DNA of 64,000 bases from Eukaryota sp. TZLM1-RC (lineage: Eukaryota; Protista; Metamonada: BaSk clade): assembly GCA_040285825.1 (NCBI GenBank), contig JAUPSS010000007.1, positions 1,772,689 to 1,836,688 on the forward strand. Reading direction: 5' to 3'. This document shows, piece after piece, positions 58,565 to 64,000 of this stretch. The notes beneath the pieces are model-generated. The model ran no database searches. It was not told the origin of the DNA and saw nothing but the letters and a program-made list of their open reading frames with translations. The first letter of the stretch is position 1. Each line of letters begins with the position of its first letter. The translations under genes and the position numbers were made by a program.

Positions 58565-60030
58565 GGTGATTGGGGAATGGGTAGCTCATGTCTATCATTG
58601 ATGATACCTGAGTGACAGTAGTCACTGTAAAATGCATCAGGTATATTGGTACATTTATTCGAATGTAGTTTTCTTGTACAGAAACAGTTCCGTAAATGCA
58701 ACACCATTTTCGGTTCCAAAAATTTCAGTAATTGTTTATTGGAAACTGAGCCTCAATATCTGCAATTTCAGTCTAAGTGAAAATTGCAACGTATTTCAAG
58801 TCCCACTAAGGCAAATTAAACTGAAACTCCCTCCTTAGCTACAACGGAATTCAAAACATTATAACATGTCATATTACTCTTCATTAGAGAGCTCTCTGGT
58901 TCCAGTTGTGTCAAATGATAATGGGAGTTCGAATATTTTTTCTATAAAACCAATTTCCTTCCTCTATTTTACAGAATTGTCTACATGGTTGAATGGGGAG
59001 GAAGCAGATGACGTTATAGGACTTGATTGATTGGGAAACTACTTGGGAAATACACAATTTATGTATTAATTGTATTTTTGTAACTGTATTTATTATTCTG
59101 GTACTATTTCAAAATAGATATCAATAACAAAAATACAGATGAAGATAATTAAATATAGCGGTGAATATTGTAGTGTACATTGAATAGGTCTTAACAAAAT
59201 AATTCCAATGAAATAGTAGTTTAATAACTATAAAAGTGCTCTGTTTGTCAGTTTTGGAGGTGTTTATTAGAATTTGATTAGTCAAAAGAGCGCCTCATAT
59301 TTCTATTGAGGATTTTTTGTGATTGGCTGTAGACTTTGAAAGATCCACTATAACTGCAATTTCCATATCTGCAACGTTTTTTTTCCGGTCCCAGCCCAGT
59401 GCAGATATAGAGGGTTCAATGTATCGAGTCTGAAATGCAATGTAAACTAAATGCTAGTACTTTCCTTTTTGAGGAAAGATACTTCACTAGTGAAGTATCA
59501 GTGATGAAGAGCTGAGAGTGTGGCTTTTGTCCAGGAAGACAATACCCAATTGAAGCAAATTGTCAACGTAATTAAATTGGACACTCAAAAAGTGCTAAAT
59601 TAATAATGTTTTTGATAAACAAAAACCTTTAAAACACTTTGAAAACTTGAAATCTGGAAAAAAAGGAATACTTTAAGCAAAGAGCAGTATAGTTTAAACA
59701 GACAGTACTATAATACCAAAGAAAAATGAGCTGGCAGGTGTCATTAGTGATTGTGACACGTGGCAGTTGTAAACTTGGACGTTTTCCAAGTAGCACAACC
59801 ACCACTTCCGGAAAAATGACAATAGATTAGTAACACAATCAATTTCAATTATGTGATTGAGTTAAGTTTGAAACTAATGGGTGTGGTATATATATGGATA
59901 CTGGGGATTGCAAAGGTGTTATTCAAGTATAAAAGAGCCTTCAACTAATAATTGTTGATCAATGTCGGTGAACAATGAAAAAATGATAAAGCAAAGATAC
60001 ATTTACACTAAACAAATAAGAAAAACTACT

Positions 60031-62421
60031 TTACCGACTATTTTCCAAAGCAATTCTTTTCCGTCGCAGCTCCTCCAGTTGTTTCCTCCTATTTTCAAGT
60101 TTCTCTGCCAGGTTGATCCTGATTGACGACACTGAAGAGGAGGTAGAGGGTATTGGAGTTGAAGGAAGATTGAGATTGATTGTTTGAGTTTCTGGTTGTG
60201 ATTGATTAAATGATTGAGAGACAGTTTCCCTTTCATCATCTGCTTGTGATTGATTAAACGATTGAGAGACAGTTTCCCTTTCATCATCTGCTTGTGATTG
60301 ATTAAATGATTGAGAGACAGTTTCCCTTTCATCATCTGCTTGTGATTGATTAAATGATTGAGAGACAGTTTCCCTTTCATCATCTGCTTGTGATTGATTA
60401 AATGATTGAGAGACAGTTTCCCTTTCATCATCTGATTGAGAGACAGTTTCCCTTTCATCATCTGCTTGTGATTGATTAAATGATTGAGAGACAGTTTCCC
60501 TTTCATCATCTGCTTGTGATTGATTAAATGATTGAGAGACAGTTTCCCTTTCATCATCTGCTTGTGATTGATTAAATGATTGAGAGACAGTTTCCCTTTC
60601 ATCATCTGCTTGTGATTGGTTAAATGATTGAGAGACAGTTTCCCTTTCATCATCTGCTTGTGATTGATTAAAGGATTGAGAGACAGTTTCCCTTTCTTCA
60701 TCTGCTTGTGATTCAGAACGATTTTCTAAATGCACTAATCTAAGTTGGTTTTCCACAAACAAACCTGAATGTTCTTCATCAAATACAATCAAATCTGACT
60801 GATTATCTGAAAGATCCCCACCGCTCAAACCCTCAATATCTCCATCCTCGCTGGAATCAATAGAAACAGAAGGAACCCTAATGCTTCCTAAAGAACTTAC
60901 AGTCCCTTTTTCTTCCCTTTCTTCCCTTGAAACCTCAGAAATACAATCCTCAAAAGGACGAGATAGAACTTCAGAATTTGGAGTATTCAGTGGACAGATG
61001 CAAAGGGATTGTTCCAATAAGGAAAGGTCAAGTCTGGTCCTGCTGAGTAGCTCAAACAGATCTCTTTTTTGAGCCATGACGTCATCTAATGCACTTTCAA
61101 TCTTTTTTGATTGAATATCCAATTTATCTTTTGATTCTTGAGTGGTTAAAGACTTACTCAAATCAGTTAACCTATTAGCTAAATTGACCAAAGAGTCTTC
61201 TTTCCCTTTCAATAGCATGATTTCTTCTTCAATATTGACTATTTTGGTTTCCAAAAGAGCCAATTGACCTTGCTGCTCACTAGTAAGTTGATGTGATGAA
61301 TCTGGTTTTTTGGGAGAATTCTTGGGACTTCTTTTCTTATTTAATCTTGGTTTTAGCAGATCTTTGCCTAGCAACCCAGCTCCGGCAGAAAAAGATATTT
61401 TTGGAAAAGGGCTTAATTTTGGTTCATTTTTGGGTAGTGGTCGTATGACTTCAGGAGACTTTCCCTTTTCATTAGTTAACTTACAAATTCCCAAATCAAT
61501 GCTAAAAACTTCTGTTTGATTTTCTTTTTTAATCTTGAAAACTTTTTTTAACTCGTAAACCAACTGGTCACAAAAAGGCATTGGAGGGGTAAAGGAAATA
61601 AAATAAAGATTATTCTTAGAGTTTCCTAATTTTAACACCAATTTAATAGCAGATTCAGTATTAATGGCCAAATTACCCAAATTTAAAACTTTTAAATTTT
61701 GCATGCCAAAAACTGTTTCAATCAATGCCAACAAAACACTGCTGACCATACTGTTAGGGTGATCAATTACCCCTTCTTCAAGTAATTTAAATAAGGAAGT
61801 TGTGACATTGGATACGGCAAACCCCTTCCTTAAAATTGAATAAGCAGAACGTTGTTGAATGGAATCTAGGTGGTTTGTTTTTTGTTTTGGCAATGTTAGA
61901 TTTGAGCAGTCCAGTTCTCTAAGAAAAGAAAAACCAGGTAAGTACTTAGTTAAGAGGCTAAAAGAGGAGGAGGTAAAACCAACAGATTGCAAGGTCAAAG
62001 AGGACAGCTTACACGTGGCAAGAGAGGAGAGAAGAGTGGGGAGATGGGATGAAGAGAGAAAGGAGTTTGTGAAAGAGAATACTGATAAACCTCCTCTTTC
62101 TGACAATAGCTGTAACAGCGTTGTCAGAGATTCCATGGTGGTGTTTGAAAGTGGGCAATTCGAAATAGAAAGGGTATGTACATAAGGGAGAAGAAACTCA
62201 CGCTCAGGAAAAGGCAAGGGGAGAGAGACTATGAATGTGGTGAGAGAAAGAAGGGCAGGTACAAGGTTATCTTCTGTTAAGCTTGGATCAGAGAACTCAA
62301 TTTTGTGAATAAATGGTGGTGCATTGTTGATGGTTACATCAGTAAAGTTGTGAAAGATGGAAGGACAGACATCAGAACCATTGTCTAGACAATATTCTTC
62401 ATAGTGAGCACCAAGATCCAT
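60031..62421 (-). CDS. RNI-like leucine-rich-repeat protein with coiled coil and acidic tandem repeats
   Basis: LxxLxL motifs (VHTLSISNCPL, LRELDCSN, LKVLNLGN); coiled coil; SQSFNQSQADDERETV repeats. Confidence 0.7.
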   Translation of the reverse strand: MDLGAHYEEYCLDNGSDVCPSIFHNFTDVTINNAPPFIHKIEFSDPSLTEDNLVPALLSLTTFIVSLPLPFPEREFLLPYVHTLSISNCPLSNTTMESLTTLLQLLSERGGLSVFSFTNSFLSSSHLPTLLSSLATCKLSSLTLQSVGFTSSSFSLLTKYLPGFSFLRELDCSNLTLPKQKTNHLDSIQQRSAYSILRKGFAVSNVTTSLFKLLEEGVIDHPNSMVSSVLLALIETVFGMQNLKVLNLGNLAINTESAIKLVLKLGNSKNNLYFISFTPPMPFCDQLVYELKKVFKIKKENQTEVFSIDLGICKLTNEKGKSPEVIRPLPKNEPKLSPFPKISFSAGAGLLGKDLLKPRLNKKRSPKNSPKKPDSSHQLTSEQQGQLALLETKIVNIEEEIMLLKGKEDSLVNLANRLTDLSKSLTTQESKDKLDIQSKKIESALDDVMAQKRDLFELLSRTRLDLSLLEQSLCICPLNTPNSEVLSRPFEDCISEVSREEREEKGTVSSLGSIRVPSVSIDSSEDGDIEGLSGGDLSDNQSDLIVFDEEHSGLFVENQLRLVHLENRSESQADEERETVSQSFNQSQADDERETVSQSFNQSQADDERETVSQSFNQSQADDERETVSQSFNQSQADDERETVSQSFNQSQADDERETVSQSDDERETVSQSFNQSQADDERETVSQSFNQSQADDERETVSQSFNQSQADDERETVSQSFNQSQADDERETVSQSFNQSQPETQTINLNLPSTPIPSTSSSVSSIRINLAEKLENRRKQLEELRRKRIALENSR
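60197..60713 (-). repeat. coding 48-bp minisatellite, about 11 units (one shortened to 30 bp)
   Basis: Contiguous near-identical units with no spacers. Confidence 0.93.
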
Positions 62422-62509
62422 GCTAATGGAACTCCTTTACACCAATAAAGTGATCTAAAAAACATAATTAAAAAAATATGGTTATTAATTTGAAAAATCT
62501 TGGGAATCG

Positions 62510-63105
62510 ACACTTTTAGAAGCAAGGTTCACGGTGCTGTAAGAGACCAATTATATTGTATGTGTAAGTTGTAGAATTGAATCTTTTTTGGAACCTCTGT
62601 TGTCAAATCTATTTGATGAAGATGATTTTCATAAGAATAATAAAGGTGATGTCATATTACCCGGATTAAATAAAACCTTCATTTTATTGGATGTAATGTC
62701 TGTTGATCCTTGTAATGCCTCGAATGAAAAGCTTGTTAATTCTGAAATTCAAAATCCTCTTTCAAATGCTGAAAATCTCAAAATGAAAAAAATACAATGA
62801 ACCATTATCCAAATTGTCCAACAAACAGCATGCAAAATACAATTTGTATCCATTTGTATTTTCTCTATTTGGTTCACTTGCTCCCACGGCTATACGCTTT
62901 TTGGCAGATTTTGCAATGATTCTAAAGAGAAGAACTAACAGAAATTTCAACAGATTGTTTTGGCAAAAAGAATTGTGTTTTCTATTTTTAAGGGGATGTA
63001 GAAGATGGTTTCTGATGCTTTGCTTTCACTTGGATCTCACTATGAGAGAGCTACATCTAGTTGTTTTGTTTTGGGAGAGATGGATTATTAAGCTGTTGAT
63101 TTATA
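62510..63105 (+). mobile_element. CRE-like retrotransposon 3' fragment (F1)
   Basis: Homologous to 10410-11010 (KYNLYPFVFSLFGSLAPTAIRFLADF). Confidence 0.88.
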
Positions 63106-63169
63106 AGTCTTCTGATGAATGAATCTTTTTTTTAAAAAATTATTGTACGCAATTGGCAAATTTGTACGT

Positions 63170-64000
63170 CTTAGCTTGGCTAAAGAAAAAAAATGCCGTT
63201 TTTGCAAACTTTTTGATTGATCTTGAAGACAGTTGCTCAAGTTGCCTAATCTCCCAAATTCCCAACATTTATGGCCATCTACTCAATGATCACCAATGGA
63301 CCACTGCAATGAGAATGAGATGTTTTCTATGGCCTTGTTCTTTACCAAATGATTTAATTTGTCGCTGCAAGAGTGTTGTTACGCTTTCCCATATTTTAAA
63401 CTGTAAGTATTTTATAACTTATCGCTCAATTGTTCATGACTCAGTTCGTGATCAATTATATGCCATGTGCAAAAGTTTCAATATAGAGGCATTTATTGAG
63501 CCACTAGTACGTAAGCTGTCTTCAGATCAAACTGAAGATTCCTTTGGTAAAAGAAGGGCAGATTTAGTAGCTCCAGGGATCGATGGTGTTCTCAATGTTG
63601 TAGATGTTGTCTCAGTTGATGTTTGCAAAAATTCTGCTGCTCGTTTAGTGTATTCCGCTGATTCGCCGTTATCTAATGCCGAAAAAAAGAAGATAAAAAA
63701 ATGTGAAGAGCCTTTGGCACAGTTAGGTAGAGTGGAACATGTGAAATATCAGTTTGTGCTGTTTGCAATTTCTCTTTTTGGCAATATTGGACTTTCAGGG
63801 TTGCACTTTTTGAAAATTTTAAAAAAGTGTTACTGAATAGGTCTGGTAAAACAATGAACTCCACTTTCTGGTTTCCCATTGCTTTCCCATTTTCGATAAA
63901 TGGAAGATTATCAGTTGAAGCAGAAATTTTTTTGGATGACTTCCAAAAAATGGTGCAAGAAAAATCAATGAAAAGATTTGATATTTTTTTATGGCGTTCA
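63170..64000 (+). mobile_element. F3 retrotransposon fragment (to about 63871) joined to an F2 fragment that runs off the window
   Basis: RMRCFLWP, CRC..HILNC, RRADL; then IAFPFSINGRLSVEAE of F2. Confidence 0.85.

Noticed and set aside
59478-59520. 22-bp palindrome and C/D-box-like TGATGA..CTGA
   Set aside because: Boxes are too close for a snoRNA; single occurrence with no other support
60003-60701. 232-aa ORF
   Set aside because: Alternative-frame by-product of the stop-free 48-bp repeat
60197-60713. CRISPR-like array
   Set aside because: Units are contiguous with no unique spacers and lie in frame in a protein; no cas genes

Overview
AT-rich, gene-dense eukaryotic DNA using the standard code (host genes end in TAA, TAG and TGA). 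It has very short spliceosomal introns (27-32 nt) and cilia-type genes (SPEF1, EFCAB10-like), so the source is probably a flagellated protist; metamonad-like is my inference. Housekeeping genes (AP-2 mu, PRP46/PLRG1, VPS45, BUD20/ZNF593, DUS2, Rap/Ral-GAP, RPL31, TIS11-type CCCH, tRNA-Thr) alternate with islands of mobile DNA. The main signal is a cluster of six or seven Fanzor (eukaryotic TnpB-like RNA-guided nuclease) loci from at least three families. Several have conserved, structured 3' non-coding tails (candidate omegaRNAs) that end next to co-oriented host promoters and a recurring GAAATTCACAGTAG motif. One family has the third RuvC Asp replaced by Asn in both copies. Also present: many truncated CRE-like RLE non-LTR retrotransposons (two inserted into Fanzors, with TSDs); a young Ty3/Gypsy element with an extra 5' ORF, inserted in a cystinosin gene; solo LTRs, including a 500-bp foldback; a pogo-like element; and hAT and MULE remnants and MITEs. 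Boundaries of decayed elements are approximate, and some homopolymer frameshifts may be assembly errors.
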